A stretch of 64,000 bases of DNA from Callorhinchus milii (GCF_018977255.1 NW_024704742.1:53940001-54004000); one strand, 5' to 3'. Numbered from the stretch's first letter, positions 1 to 14,029 are shown. Made by a program: numbers and translations. The notes: a model not told the origin generated them from the sequence alone.

Positions 1-310
1 CTGCTCAGCAGGCTCTATCCTGCTCCACGTCCCACCATCAGCGGTCAGGCCTTCAGTCTCTGCCCCCACCCTTTAGGATTCCACATTTGCTGTGCCTCGC
101 TCCCTACCTTGCCTCTTTAAAGGCATGTCTCAAGACCATCTTCTTTGACCGCGCCTTCAGCCTACCCTTCCTGCCCTCCACCCTTCCTGATCCCAACCAC
201 GCCCACCCCCCCATATACCCCCGCCCCAGCTCAGGTCCAAGTCCCTGACTGTCCAGTGCCTTGCAACGTCCTCCCAACATGAAAAGCGCTATAAAAATGT
301 AATTTTGTAT
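1..310 (+). mobile_element. L2 LINE 3' fragment (type A tail)
   Basis: Degenerate ORF2 C-terminus (ccaccatcagcggtcaggccttcagt, 'TIGGRAFS' region), then tail ACGTCCTCCCAACATGAAAAGCGCTATAAAAATGTAATTTTG; matches the copy at 40702-42032. Confidence 0.85.
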
Positions 311-1629
311 CATATTGTATTTTGTCTCGGCTGACTTCAACCTCCAACCTGGTCCATTTTGAACACTACTTGAGCTCTTCATGCAAATGTTAGCATATGT
401 CCATCCTTCTCTGAAATATTTGAAATTAGTCAAAATTGAATCAAAGTAAAAATATTTGAGAAGAATGTAAAAATCTATGGTATAAGAACAGTTCACATTC
501 AACCTTTTCCACACACTATAAACTTATAAGCACACCAAAAATAGCCTTAGCAAATAAGCTTTACTTTTGGTATTTTCTATTATATACACAATATATATAT
601 TTGTAAATGTTTTATTTACCATAAAATTGCAATCCATACTCAATATAAATTAAAATACAATTTAAAATGTTTCAGTTACAGCCACCAAGTAAATCTCCTA
701 CAAACATCATTGATCTGTTACAAATAGGTGAGTTATGGCTCAATTGTGAATTCTATTATGATTTTTCTTTTTGTTAAAGTCACTGTTACCTGAAACTAAA
801 AGATTCCATCCCCATTTCTACACTCCTTGTCCCCATTTAACACACATTATATTTCTCACAGCCTATGTGATAACAATCCGTGTCTACCAATCTCCCAAAT
901 TGCAACTTTATTGGAAAAGCTAATGGTCTCCTGATAATACTGACATGAAAAGTTATCAAAATTGAATTTTGTAATTTCATGGTATGAAGCATTATGTTGG
1001 ATCCTGGACATATTTTATTCAGTGTGAGAATTGCCTGAGTTTCACAAAATGCAAAGCTCTCTTCTTTTGTTGTAATAAATTTATCTGCATCTTGTCAAAA
1101 CCTATAAGAGGCTTTCAAATTGATGATGTTACCAATTTTACATCACCAGGGAGGTAGTATTGATTCTAAGGAGCTTTTGTAAGTTGAGATTCCCATCATG
1201 GCATGAATCAGTATTCAGAAATAAGTGCAAATAGCAGAGAAGATGCAATTTTATACTTTTGCTTGATATTTTTTGGGGGAATAAAGGATCATGATAAAAA
1301 TGCGACCAGCCTTTTCACTTTCCAGCAAGAACAATCGTGAATGATTCATGAGAACGAATCATTTTTGCGGGAAGCTAAAACTAAGTAAATGATGCTGTTA
1401 GCAGGGAAGAGTGAAGAAATTAACCAATCGATGTTGAAAACAGTGGATGGCTGCAATTTTCATGCAGTGTTGCTTTCCAATCAGCTCCTAACACACAGAT
1501 GTTTCATGCCTGAGGTTCGGTTGTGCCTGTTTAGGTTGAGCTGAGCCAAGAATGATTTGGAAACAGTCAAAGAAGCTATATGTTTCTAACAAAATCATAT
1601 GCATTGATATCTAGAACAGAAATGCTTCA

Positions 1630-1860
1630 TAATAATAATAATCCTTGCATTTGATATAGCGCTTTATCATGTCATTGAGACATCTCAAAGAGAGAGCATC
1701 ACAGAATACATTGTAAAGTGAATTCACTGTGTATTTTGTGGGTGAAATGGAGCAGCCAATTCCACACAGCAGTGCCCACAAATAGTTGTGGATTGAGTGA
1801 CCAAATTATTATTACCCACGGAAAGCAATCTGTCAATCGATTAACAACCAGGTTTCTACT
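1630..1860 (-). mobile_element. 5'-truncated tRNA-SINE (long subfamily) with Deu-like 3' part and L2 tail
   Basis: aataataatccttgcatttgatatagcgc tail plus caatcgattaacaaccaggtttctac, shared with the 16296 and 26112 copies. Confidence 0.8.
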
Positions 1861-3059
1861 TTCTGTTTGGTAAACAAAGGCATGTTAAATGCTTAACATA
1901 CTGACAAAAGAAAAAGGAAACAAATCTGAAGCACTCTTAAAATAATCAGGTGGGGAGAGGAAAAGAAGTAAGTACTTACAATCCACATAGCAATTATTAA
2001 GAAAAAAATCTCCTACCTGAGAGGAGTTTAAAACAGCAGCTTTGTGGAGAATGAGCATTGAGTCTCACAGATCAATATATCCTGCTCCTGCGAAGATACT
2101 TCTGTTGATTGATCTGATTTTGGCTGTTGCCATTTAGCTAAGGTGACAATCAGCATCTTTCCCTGGAAGGAATTCCTGGGGAGAAGACCCAACTAAATTT
2201 TTTGGTGCTGGCATAATTTGACTAAACAGAATGTTACCTTTTAGTTGGCTTTGAGTGCTTGGATTAATTGTTAGGAATTGCAACCAGAATTCTGGGAAGA
2301 ATATTGATCTCTACTCAGCTTTATTGGTAGCAAGTTCAAAGGATATATTGTCCAGGAGGGTCTTTCTCAACATGCAGAAAGGTATCCTAAGCAGTTTTTT
2401 TTTACAGTCTTTCCAAGGAGAATTCTTTGACTAAAAGTGATTCATCACACCCCTGAAATATATTCCCCTTTAAAGAGTGATTTACTTGTAAAATTGTTAA
2501 TTATAATAATAATTGACATAAAGTGCACTGAAGTTACAACTGACAAATTAAATAACATGGGGGGTGGAGGAGAAGCATTCTCTACTTAGTTCACTACATT
2601 TATCAACTGTGTGTAGCTGTGTCTTATCAATAATTGCAAAACAAGTTTAAATTATGAATTTGAAATTAAATTATACATACAAAATTGCATTACAGTACTT
2701 TGTGGCGCACAGTGACAATTTCATTGGATTTTCCACAATGAGTGAATACTGTAAAGTAACCTTATAAATGTACATCCAAATTTTGATTTTGAGGATCCAC
2801 TTATACAACAACAACAACAAATGGATGGATATATGTAAATAAGATCAACTTTTATATTATACAATGAATGTGGCTTTAATAAAGCCCGTGATACATGCTT
2901 ATTATAACAAATAGCAAATTCATTGTTAATTTCAATATATATTCGCAAATGTGATTAGGTTCTCTTTATGTCTGAGGTAAATTACCATGAACGATAATTA
3001 GAACACTTTCCACAGAAGATAATCAATATATTTGATGCATGTTACTATTCTGCTGTGCT

Positions 3060-3138
3060 CTCTGCCCATTTAAGTGCTCCGAGATCCTACCCACATGAAG
3101 GGCACAATATAAATGCAAGTTTCTTGTTGTTGTTGTTG
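3060..3138 (+). mobile_element. L2 3' tail
   Basis: gtgctccgagatcctacccacatgaagggcacaatataaatgcaag followed by (TTG)n. Confidence 0.65.
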
Positions 3139-3577
3139 CATTAAGCACCCAGTGTGGATAGATTGCATGTGTTGTGTGTACCATACAAGCTTAGACAATT
3201 TATGCACAATTCACATATCAATCTGTGCTGGAATATGACTTGGCATACTTGTAATGCGCGATTTTAAAATCTGTCAAGAATCATTACAATCACTTCAGGT
3301 GGCTGACACTAAGCAGCCCTAAAGCATGGGTATGGCTATGACATTTTATGTTTGAGCATCTTTGTACATTATGCGCTTACAATTTTAATCTATTTAAAAT
3401 ATAATAGAGCAATCCCAGTGTGAAGTCACCTTTTTAGCACTTGCTCAATGAGCACTATCCATCTAACTCCAGTTGTATTTTCCATTGCCAGATGCCTATG
3501 AAAGTTGCACTATATTCTTTCAGATTATAATAATGCAGTGAGAAGGACAAAACACAAAATGTGCATCAAATCATTCA

Positions 3578-3889
3578 ATAATAATAAATTATAATAGTCC
3601 TTGCATTTGATATAGCAGTTTCACGTCTTCTAGACGTCTCAAAGCGCTTCACAGAATATGCTGTAAAGTGAATTGACTGTATATTTGTGGGTAAAATGCG
3701 GTAGCTAATTGTGCACAGCAGTGTCCCACAAATAGTCGTGCATTCAAGTGACAAAATTTATTTAAAAAATTTATTGAGGGCTTATTATCAGGTGTGTGGA
3801 GTTAGGAAACTTGCCCAAGCTTCACCCTGCTGGGAATTTATCTCAGGTATCTTGCTTGCGAGGCGAGTGCTCTAAACACTGAGCTACAG
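3578..3889 (-). mobile_element. tRNA-derived SINE, short subfamily
   Basis: Reverse complement starts CTGTAGCTCAGTGTTTAGAGCACTCGCC (Pol III A box) and ends AAATGCAAGGAC(TAT)n. Confidence 0.9.
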
Positions 3890-3959
3890 AGGTTAGCTAT
3901 ACTGTTCTAATTATAGTGGTTAACTTTACTGGAGGCCAACAATAACTCCAAAATCCTAT

Positions 3960-4917
3960 TCTCCACTGCCTACCACCTCTTCCGTGCGACCCTTCAAGCA
4001 CCCTCAATCATCACATCTAACGCCAAGTGCGAAGAGGTCATGGACTTCCTTATCTCTACAATTTACAACATCCGCCTGGCAGCTTCATCCTTCTGCCCCG
4101 CATTGCCTAGCACCACTCCCATTCCATCTCCCTCATGCACCCCGCCATCAGCTCCTACCATGGCCCCCATCCTACATTCATTTGCCCCCATCTCTCCTTC
4201 CTCCCTCTCTCCACCATCACAATGAAACTCACCACCTGCTGCCTCGAGCCCCTCCCCACCCAACTGCAAATCACTCAACTCTCCCTCCTCTGCCCACTGC
4301 TAGCACACACTACTAACCAGTCTCTCTCCTCAGCTTCAGTCCCACTACCCCTCAAAACCGAGATCATCATCCCACCTCCTTAAAAAAAGCCTCCTCCACT
4401 ATTCACAAAATTCAGCTCATTCAAAATCTCTGCCGCCCGCATTCTCACCCGCACCAAACTTCGTACCCCGATTACTCCAGTCCTTGCCAAACTCCACTGA
4501 CTCCCTGTCACAGAGCGGATCAAGTTCAAGATCCTCACTCTAGTGTTTAAATCCCTCCATTCCTTGGCACCCCCTATCTCTCTAACCTCCTCTGTCCCCA
4601 TAGCAGTACTGGCTGCCTTCGCTCTACTGGGTCTGGCCTCCTCCTTGTTCCCTGAATCCTTCGCTCCACCATCGGCGGACGTACCTTCAGTCAATCCACC
4701 CCAAAACTTTGGAATTGCCTCCCTCAACCCCTTTGCCTCACCCCCTCCTTCCCCACCTTCAGGTCGTGCCTGAAGATCTTCCTCTTTGACCGTGCCTACA
4801 ATCACCTCCCCTCTCCCTCTGGCTCGGCCTCGGGCTCCACCATTGTTAAGCGCTCTGAGACACCGCCCAGCATGGAGAGCGCTACATAAATGCAACCTGT
4901 TGTTTCTGTTGTTGTTG
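3960..4917 (+). mobile_element. L2 LINE (type B tail), internally deleted across the RT domain
   Basis: Pre-RT motif 'TTCCLEPLPTQL' at 4231 joins at about 4390 to C-terminal 'IQLIQN..AARILTRTK..LH*LPV'; tail GCGCTCTGAGACACCGCCCAGCATGGAGAGCGCTAC plus (TTG)n. Confidence 0.85.
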
Positions 4918-5384
4918 TACAAGGCTCCTACTTTGAATGCTTTCTTCACAGCAGAAATCATTATCCCAGCAATTCTGCAATTGGCAAGAGCTCCACTTTA
5001 ACATGCTTGATTTTTTTTGTAATTTCTTCATTAAATGCAAAATTAAAATATCCACCTTTTCATCAACCAGATTCCCCCATCTTGGGAACTTGCTGGGAGT
5101 TAGAAATGAACTCCTACAAATATCTCACTTAATTGTAATCCATTTTGTTGCCTCAAAAATGTCATTGACCATGCAGGAATAGTAGAAAACTCCCTGTACA
5201 CGAGGACAGGCAGCCCTAAGCTGTTGCTCCAGTGGAGGGTAAATAAGTTGCTGTTTCATAACATCAGGAGTATCTAGAATCAAATATCCACTAGTTTTGA
5301 AATAAATCAAAACCTGTGCGCTACTCACGCAATGTGGTTATTTTACCCTCATCAACTTTCTTCCTTTCCCTCTTCAAATCCCCA

Positions 5385-5690
5385 TGGTACTATTACATTC
5401 ACCCACTCCCTCCGCACCACCAACTCAGTCCTACTTCGTATCCCACACACTTCCATCAGTCAGTGAGCTTTCAGCCACTTTGCCCCTGCTCTCTTGAACT
5501 CTCTCTGATTGCCTCCTCCTCCTCTCCTCCACCCTCTTTGCTTTCAAACTCCATCTTAAATCCTACCTCTGCTTCTTATGCGACCTGCTGGCTTTCCCTC
5601 CCCATCCTCCACTCAGTTCAGGCTTCTAGTCTCCCTATGTAAACCACTATCTTACGTGAAAGGCACTTTGTAATACTTTGTTGTTGTTGT
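5385..5690 (+). mobile_element. Old L2 3' fragment
   Basis: C-rich degenerate ORF2 end, gtgaaaggcact and (TTG)n tail. Confidence 0.7.
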
Positions 5691-6139
5691 AGTTCCACTT
5701 AAGGAGTTTTTTTTTTCTCTACTGGTATATGGTTTCATAGGTGCCAGTGTTGTGACTGAAATTGTCTGATTCACTGTGAATTTTGCTAAACAAATTTAAA
5801 AAAATTGGATCTTGAAAGTCAGCAAAGAAACTGTTAAAAGTGTGATGAGGGTCTTAGCTGTTTCGGGGGGGGGGGGGGATGCAGTGTTGGATACTATTTT
5901 AAGAATAAATTAACAATTAACAAAAGGACCAATAAGAAGGGCAGGAAGTACAAAAGAACACTGGGACAAAACGATGTGGTTTAGAGTGGTGGAGTATTGA
6001 GTGTTTGGATTGACAAATAACACACCTTTGATCTGGATCAAGTTATATTACAGGCAGTGGGGGGTGCTTGAGGGGGTAGGTAGATGGTGATGAAGGAGGG
6101 CAATGTTGCAGAGATTGGCATTCTCCGTTCCTGTATATT

Positions 6140-6435
6140 TGGTCCAATTCCCCTGCCCACTCCCTCCATTCTGCTAACTCCGGCCTCCTGAATGTTCACT
6201 GCTCCTCCATCCCACCATTAGTGGGCATGTTGTCAGCTATTTTGTCCCCACTCTCTTGAGCCCTTTCTCTAAACCCCTCTATCTCACACCCTCACTCTCT
6301 GCATTCAGTATCCATTTCTTTGATTGTGCTTTCAGCCATTTCCCTCCTAACTCCTTTTTCTCACCCTATTTGACTTCCACTTTATCTCGTAAAGTCCGCT
6401 GAGGCATTTTCTACATTAACGTCTCTTTAAGTTGT
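6140..6435 (+). mobile_element. Old L2 3' fragment
   Basis: tccggcctcctg...cccaccattagtgggc ('TIGG') similarity to the other L2 copies. Confidence 0.6.
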
Positions 6436-7439
6436 TGACCAGTAGAAATAATCTTCTACATTTACCTAATCAGATTCCTTTATACCTTTTTCAGATCATC
6501 CCTTATCCTCCACTGAAAAAAGCCCTAATTTCTCTTTGATTCTGAAACCCTCTCATATTCGATAAAATCTGAGTGAATTCACACCGCACCTTTCTGTTCC
6601 ATATAGCCTTTATGGCTAGATAGAATATTTTGTGGTCTCCCTGGTTGCTGAGCAGTTTGTGCTCAATCATATTAAACAATATTTCAGGCCATCAAAGCTT
6701 GCAAACATCGAAATTAATATTTGATTGAATTTTACGGTTTAAAATAATGAACAATGCAATCTCAAAATTATTTATGGATTCTGTGTTCATGGTTGGCAGA
6801 CATTTGTGGTGAGGCATTTTTATTGAAGCATAGTTCAGGTTTTCAGGACAATCTCTGAAATTTGAGATCAAGCCGCTTCAGCATTTTACTGGAAGAACAA
6901 ACTTATTCAAAGCAGATAATCATCGAAACTTTCAAGTAAACCTATGCTAATTGAAAGAGATAGTATAAAAAGAACAGAATTCTGGTCTTGCACAGTTGCA
7001 TCTAAAAGAGAAAGACAAGAAGCATTTGCTACAGAGGATGGAGGAAGCTCTCTTTAGGAAAGCAGCGGCGTAAATTATGTCAATCCAAAAGTGCCTTAGG
7101 AACTCAGGAACATCTCTTGCAAGCAACTCCACATACATTGTGCTGACTCACTGGAGCTCAGCTCCACAAAATACGTGAGGTTCACTGCTGGAGGAATATT
7201 TTCTGTCCCAGGGTGCTTTCCCAGCCTGAAACATTATCCAGGTTACTATTTTTTCCACAAGCTTATAATAACTCACTGTCTTGTGAATAAAGAAATTGCC
7301 TGGTACAGCAATGGACGATACAGAACAGAAATAAAGGTGTTGGCTTGTTTTCCTCTCTGTGCTGAGATAGTTAATCTAATGACCTCAGCACAAATAAGTA
7401 GCAGTTACTAACAATTTGTCTCTCTTCTCTTTTCAAGTA

Positions 7440-7697
7440 CAATACAAAATTACATTTGTAAAGCGCTTTTCACATCGGGAGGACGTCCCTAGGCGCTGAA
7501 CAGTCAAGAGCTGATTAGGATATGATGGGGAGGGGTTGGGATCAGGGAGGGTGGAGGGCAAGGGGGGTAGGAGGGTAGCCTAAGGCACGTTAAAAGAGGA
7601 GGGGCTTGAGGCCTTGAAGGAGTCAAGGGATGGAGTGAGGCGAAGGGAATGTGGGATGGAGTTCCAGAGGGTGGGGGCAGAGAGGCTGAAGGCCTCT
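7440..7697 (-). mobile_element. L2 3' fragment (type A)
   Basis: attacatttgtaaagcgcttttcacatcgggaggacgtccc is the reverse-complement L2 tail. Confidence 0.85.
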
Positions 7698-8557
7698 CGA
7701 TATTTATAAAAAAAGTCTCTCTATTATAAAACAAATCTTGATATTATAAAAAAAAGCATAATTTACCATATTAGTGTCTATTCCTGGAATGGTAAACAAC
7801 CAAAGGTAATAGTGACATAATTCATATTGTTTTAGTGCTGTGAAATTGGAGTGGCCATTAGTTATAACAGAGGCAACTTGCAGCAGTGTAAACAGCATTC
7901 TGGGATTCCATATTTGGCCACCTCCAGCTTCTGTGAATTATTAAACTTACACATTGCATTATTTTTTAAGTACCTGAAGGCAAATATTAAAATGATGCTG
8001 AAGTTAATACTCTTGCCACTGGCTGTCAACTGTGGTGCAAAAATAAGGCGACATGTAGCACACTCAATGAATGTGTAGTTAAAAACTGAATGTACAATCA
8101 TTACTAAGTAATGGATTGCTGAAAGCTGTGCATGGTGTTAAATTCTGATGTTGGGAGAAAACATGTCACTGTTGATGTAGGCAATATGACTATAGCCTTT
8201 TACAATGCCTTTTAGTAGGATACAAACATGATTTATTATGAAGAGAAGCTGATGCAGATGTTTCTGCACATGTTCTGTGGGTTTACTTGGAGCTGTTCAC
8301 TTGGAGAAGAATGCAGACTGCTATGCTTTTATACTCTAATTACAAAATCAACCACCATAATAAATAATTATCCACACATTTGATTCAACACCTTTCCTGT
8401 CAGGAGGCCGTCCCAAAGCACTTCACGTGATATACTGTAAAGTGTATTTTTAGGCAAATTCCACTATTACAGAACTGAAGGACAAATGTGTTACTGGATG
8501 CAATATATACCATACCACATAAATGCCTTGTTTAAGAAAGAGTCAATATTGTAATAT

Positions 8558-8620
8558 ACAACAACACAACTTGCATTTATATAGCGCCCTCTACCCCGGG
8601 CGGCCTCTCAGAGAGCTTCT
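8558..8620 (-). mobile_element. L2 tail only (type B-like)
   Basis: acaacaacacaacttgcatttatatagcgccctc...tctcagagagctt. Confidence 0.65.
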
Positions 8621-9629
8621 AAGATATAATCCATTGTGAAAAAAATATAATCCATAGTGAAAAAATATACTAACAACAGGTGCCCATACAGCTGTGTGAA
8701 ACATTATAAGTAAAGCCAGCCCATGTTATTGACCTTCAACTCGGAATGTGTTTATCCTTACTATTTCACTTATATTTCTGATATTTTTTATTTACTTACT
8801 GCTGTTATATGTTGTCTCACTGTCACACAGAGAATATCAGTGAGGTCCAAGATATATCTAATCAGCCAGAGAAACCAGCAGACAGGTACTGATAGTGAAT
8901 CTAGTCAGTCACATCAGTGAAAGTCATGCTCCTCATTTCAGATGTATTTTCTTTCTTTTCTGGTTTCTTTCATTTGAGTGTGAGGTAAGATGCACAACTA
9001 ATGAATGGAATGCATTATTTCATTATGCCAACAGTCCAAGTCTTTCTACATTAAATACTGTGCTTGAAAACTGATGATATTTCATTGATATTAGGCAAAA
9101 CAATACGTTAGACGCCTTCTGCAGATAATGTACTAATGGTGATAAAGTGGAGCAATGGTCAGAAAACTAATGGAGGGAAAGCTCCTCTTACTGCTCTCTG
9201 TAATGGCCAGTATGCCTACTTTTGTAATGTCCAGGACTCCTATAGCTATTTTACTTCCAGCAGTACAGAATTCAGAGCAACAGCATAATTTATATTCCCA
9301 ACTCCGAATTGCTTTCACCGGGATCTGAAGATAGTTTTGTGGACATGCAGCTAAGGGCCTTTGCAGAGCTCCCCTGGATGGTGCTGAAAGGCATTTAGTT
9401 TTTACTGTTAGCCAGGAGCCATACGCATGATCTATTTTTTTCCAATTACACCGCAGCATTTTCTTCAAAGTTTCTGAACAGTCCATTGGATTACCAAGCA
9501 GGTTTTAAGGAACAATATTTGTACTGGGGTGAAATCAATCAACATTGTGTATATTTGGCCTGCAAATCACTCCCAAAAATGGTAGGAACTAGACAGAAGT
9601 GATATCACCTTCAGCACCCCAGCCAATTC

Positions 9630-10150
9630 TTCACAAGATCACAAGATTGGTTTGGATGAAGAAGACCTTTCTGATCTGAGCTCATACTTCACTAATACTC
9701 ATCCTACTTTATTTTAAATGAGTCCATTGTCCTGGCTTCAACCACCATTCTTGGCAACTTGTTCTAATAATTAATTAACCTCTGAGTAAAGAAAAACATT
9801 CTGACATCTGTCCTGGAATCATCCTTTGCAACTCTTTTTCAAGCCTGTAGATCCCAAGTTTGACTTATCAAGATAACTCTTCCTCTTATCATGGGCCATC
9901 ACTTCTATTCACTCTTGCAGACTGATGTGGCTTCAGAAGAGAAATTTAAATATCATAGATACTCAGACCTCAGTTACAAACTGAAATAGCATGTCAGCGC
10001 ATTCAATTAGGTACAAAAATAGTTGCAAGGAAGTGTCATTGATTGTATAAAACATCGGGGAAATAAGATATGGAGTACTTTGGTCAGACTTATTATAAAA
10101 AGCCAAGGAAACCACAGAGGTGTTTTAAGAAAGGGCACCTGAACCACAAG
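9630..10150. mobile_element. Degraded CR1 LINE fragments (both orientations)
   Basis: tcacaagatcacaaga tail and cttcaaccacc..ggcaacttgttc on minus; degenerate ORF2 end on plus at 9935-10150. Confidence 0.5.
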
Positions 10151-10511
10151 TCAATCTAATACCAATGATATAATGCCTCTTGTGGAATTTTACACTTGCA
10201 CCAATAAGTACTATTTTGCACTTCTCAGTATTGAGTAACATTTACCCACCATCTGTCTGGCATCAATTTTAATTGAACGATTTGCCTCCTCAGAAAATCC
10301 ATGAAATTCGATTTCAAGCTATCACACTTTGTTGGACCTCATCCAGTGCAAAATAAAATAAGGATTTCCAGGGTAAGGCCAAACCCTAGGTACAGTTCTT
10401 CAAAACATTATATTTCCTTGCTCTAAACAAAGCAAAAACACTTCTATCAGTTAAGAGACTAGGAGCAGGAAGCCACAGATTGTTAACCTTAACCCCTTTA
10501 TTTTTATACAA

Positions 10512-10745
10512 AATAATAATATTCCTTGCATTTGATATAGCACCTTATTTCATCATCAAGAGGGCTCAAAGTCCTTCACAGAAATGATTATAAAGTGTAG
10601 TGACTTTGTGTTTGTAGGCAATTTTATGAGGGAGAGGGATATACAACAACAACAAATTAAATTTGTAAAGGGCCTTTCACATTGGGAGGACGTCCCAAGG
10701 CTCTAGATAATTAGGGATTTAAGAAGGATATAGGAGGGAGTAAAG
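10512..10745 (-). mobile_element. Adjacent SINE tail and L2 tail fragments
   Basis: ataataatattccttgcatttgatatag; acaacaac...ttcacattgggaggacgtccc. Confidence 0.75.
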
Positions 10746-10769
10746 GAATGGATGGAGACTCTAATGGAG

Positions 10770-12050
10770 TATAAATAACAGCATGGACTGCTTAGGCTGA
10801 GTGGCCTGTTTCTGTGCTGTATATTCTTTGTAAATCTTTGTTACATTGTTTGTTTTAATGATTGAACTATACAATCATGGAAAGGTAACAAACAGCACAC
10901 AAAGGAAGCTATTTGGCCCATCTTGTCTGTACCGCTTCTTCTTCCACATCTTAGATGTCGACTCTAATACCGTTCGCTGCCTCTTTCCCTGCACCCTCTA
11001 ATGTTTTTTGCAAGTATTTTCCATCTCTTTTAAATGCTGTTATGGAGCTAACCAAGTCAATGCATTTCACATTTCAATAAGCTTCTGTGTAGATGTCTTA
11101 CAACCTCCTTTTCTTTCTTCTGGGGATAATTATTACTTTGTGGCCTTTTATTGCTGACCGTAGAAACAATTTCTCTTTATTCCCACCAAAACAGCAATGG
11201 ACTATCTAAGAAATTTTAGCAGATTAGATTCACACCTATGTTTAAGATACAGTGCAGTCTCACAACAACCTTCTCAACCCCAATTCATATCGCTCTTTTT
11301 ATTGCAGATCTTTGCGTATTTTTCTACAAAGCACAACTTTAATATGAAATAAATATATTTAAAAGAAGCTCAATGAGATCAATTGGAAATGAAGTTAATG
11401 TTGTTAAGCAGGCAGTATCAACAGGATATTAAGTGAAGCCAGTATCATTGATAAATACCCAGTCTCCTATTTTCTAACCATTTAATTACTGAAGTTGCAA
11501 CTTCACTCCATGAAATTCTACTTAAGACCCATCTTAAGTAGGGTATTAAATGTTAGAGCTATAAAGCTATTAAATGTTCTGTGAAAGTTTGAGACACTAA
11601 ATATACCAACTACTCTACCAGCAAGCAATAATGCTTTAACATTCTCAAAGAATTCCAATAAATTGTTGAGGCACAACCTGCCCTTTGTACAACCCTTGTT
11701 GGTTTGGATTTATTGCCTTTGTTCTCATTAGAAGATGTTGAATTGCTTTCTTTATAATAAAGTCCAATATTTTCCATTATATAAGTCAAGTTAATAGGTT
11801 TATAATTCCCCGGAATATTCGCGTGACCTTTTATCAAAGATTGAAATAACATCAGCTATATTCAAATCTTTTTGCACCACCCCTAAATTGAACATGTAAT
11901 TTCCACGTTTGCAGACTGTATTCTACCCTCAATTTTTCAAACACAAAATCTCAAAATCCTACCTTTTTATTGAACGCATTGATCAATTTGAACAGTTTAA
12001 TATTTTCAGTTTATTTCTATTGAGCTTTTTATTCCTGTTTAATAACCCAG
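10770..12050. mobile_element. CR1 LINE remnants including degenerate RT region (minus)
   Basis: ORF 11610-11852(-) contains 'IPGNYKPINLT' (CR1 PGNYRPVSLT motif); CR1 tail ggctgagtggcctgtttctgtgctgta at about 10795. Confidence 0.7.
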
Positions 12051-12129
12051 TGAGTCCTAGTGAAGGTGTATTGGAGAGGTTGCTAACTTTGCCTGTACAA
12101 TTAAAGTGAATTGATACCACCAATAACTC

Positions 12130-12530
12130 AGGAAGTTTAAGTCTTAGCCTCACTCCGGACTTGGAACCCATATAGCCTGCGCTGACCTTCCAATGTAGTA
12201 CTGGGGGTGTGCTGCACTATGGGAGGTGCTGTCCTTCAGATGAGACATTAAACCAAGGTCCCGCCTATTGTTCAGGTAGATATTAAAGATCTCATGCCAC
12301 TACTTGAAAACAGAAGGGATTTTTTCTCTGTGTCCTGGCCAGTAAAATTGATCATTCATTTCATGGCTATTTGTGGGACATTGCTGTTTACAAATTGGCT
12401 ACCGCATTCACCCACAAAATATACAGTCACTCCACTTTACAGTATATCCCATTCAGTGCTTTGAGGTGTCCTCCCAACATGAAAGGTGCTATATTATTTT
12501 TAATTTAGTTTTATTATTAAGGATTATTAT
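12130..12530 (+). mobile_element. Deu-domain SINE (SacSINE1/AmnSINE1-like)
   Basis: gggaggtgctgtccttcagatgagacattaaacc...caggtagatattaaagatc...tttgtgggacattgctgt Deu core, with L2 tail. Confidence 0.85.
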
Positions 12531-13374
12531 GTGTTAATTCATTGATGCTACACTATATGTCTCAGTTACTTCTCAGGATTTGCCTGAAATAATATCATCA
12601 GTGCTCACTGTTTATAGAATACGAAATATGTTTAATGCTCTGCAGGAAGTTAGTCTAAACCCAAGCTGGTTGCCAACCCAACATGTATGTCTGGGACAAA
12701 GGGAAGAGCTCAAATGGTAGCTGTTCCTAAATTCCTGCTAAGGTGAGAAATCACTGACCAGTCAGAGGCAAGATCAGATAGTATTATCTATTTAGGCAAA
12801 GTCAGGCCAAGTGATGGGGCAAGTTTGTGAGGGGTAAAACAATCTCTCGCTGACCCAGGTTCTGCCTTTCAGGCTCATCCAACTTGACCCAATTTTCCAA
12901 CAATAGTAACTGTGCAGACACATCAAGAGGTTAGCTCCACATAATGTACATCCCCAGAATAGGGCTGTGAGTGACCTCCAGTTATCAGAATCACCTCATA
13001 AAGGCTAGAGAGTAGTGTGACCTTCACAATGAAGTTAATGATATGCCTTTTCTTTCGCTTTTACATATTTTTGTCTGCCAGAAACTAGTTCTGTGTAGCT
13101 GTGTATAGTGTTTGGATTTGTGTTAATAAAACCAATTATGTTTAACCTACCAGAATTTCTGTGTCAGTTTTTATCTGTCTATCTTCCTTTGACTTTTCTT
13201 TCCATCAGTATCATTCCACATGACGAAAATTGAGACGATGTCAAAGTTAATCCCAATTCTGCTCAACTAGTTGCTTTTTAGACTTATTGGGATTTGTTTT
13301 GTTATTTGCTGTTACACATTATTTGGACATAGTGAGAAACAAATCAACTAACACAATTAGTTCTCTTTCAACAT

Positions 13375-13915
13375 CCCCCTTGGCAAATTCTATCTCATCC
13401 ATGGGGTGTATTCGTCCCTTCTCTTTTCAAATAGTGCCATCGGATCTTTAATGTCTACTTGAACAACCAGATGGGGCACTGGTTTAATAACTCATTCGAT
13501 AATAATCCTTGCATTTAAAATAGCACAATAACACAACGTTGAGACATCTCAAAGCTCTTCACATGGTATACTTTAAAGTGAATTGACTCCATTCTGTGGG
13601 CAAAATGCGGCAGGCAATTTGCATATAGCAATGTGCCGAAAACAGCCATGGAGTGAATGACCAATTTTATTTGGGGCATTGTTGGCCAGGATATGGGAGA
13701 AACTCCTTTTTCTTTTCGAATACTGCCATGGGTTCTCTAATGTCCACCTGAACAGGCAGACCTCGGTTTAAAATCTCATCTGAAGGACGGTATCTCCAAC
13801 AACGCAACATTGCATTGGAGTGTCAGCTTAGACTAAGTGATTTTGAGTCCAGCCACGGAGTTTCAATCCACAATCTTCTGACTCAGAGGCAAAAGTGCTA
13901 CCACTAAGCCAAGCT
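13375..13915 (-). mobile_element. Deu-domain SINEs (one near full-length copy plus an adjacent fragment)
   Basis: Reverse-complement Deu core; head ctgactcagaggcaaaagtgctaccactaagcc. Confidence 0.85.
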
Positions 13916-14029
13916 GCCTATTGATTATTGTAATATTCAATCTATACTGCATATTCTTTCTAATCATTTCCTTTCTTCTTCTCTTTCATTTTATTCCCTT
14001 TTTGATGCATCTTTCAGTGGGTGATTATA

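Noticed and set aside
2019-2175. Minus-strand segment with acceptor-like tcttctccccag and donor-like CAG|gtagg
   Set aside because: The best frame ends in a stop before the donor and the peptide is unrecognisable; at most a non-coding exon
6840-7140. Purine-rich, coding-looking stretch
   Set aside because: All plus frames are interrupted by stops and no protein family was recognised
12609-13318. Possible solo LTR (TG start, AATAAA at about 13125, CA end)
   Set aside because: No TSD, PBS/PPT or second copy to support it
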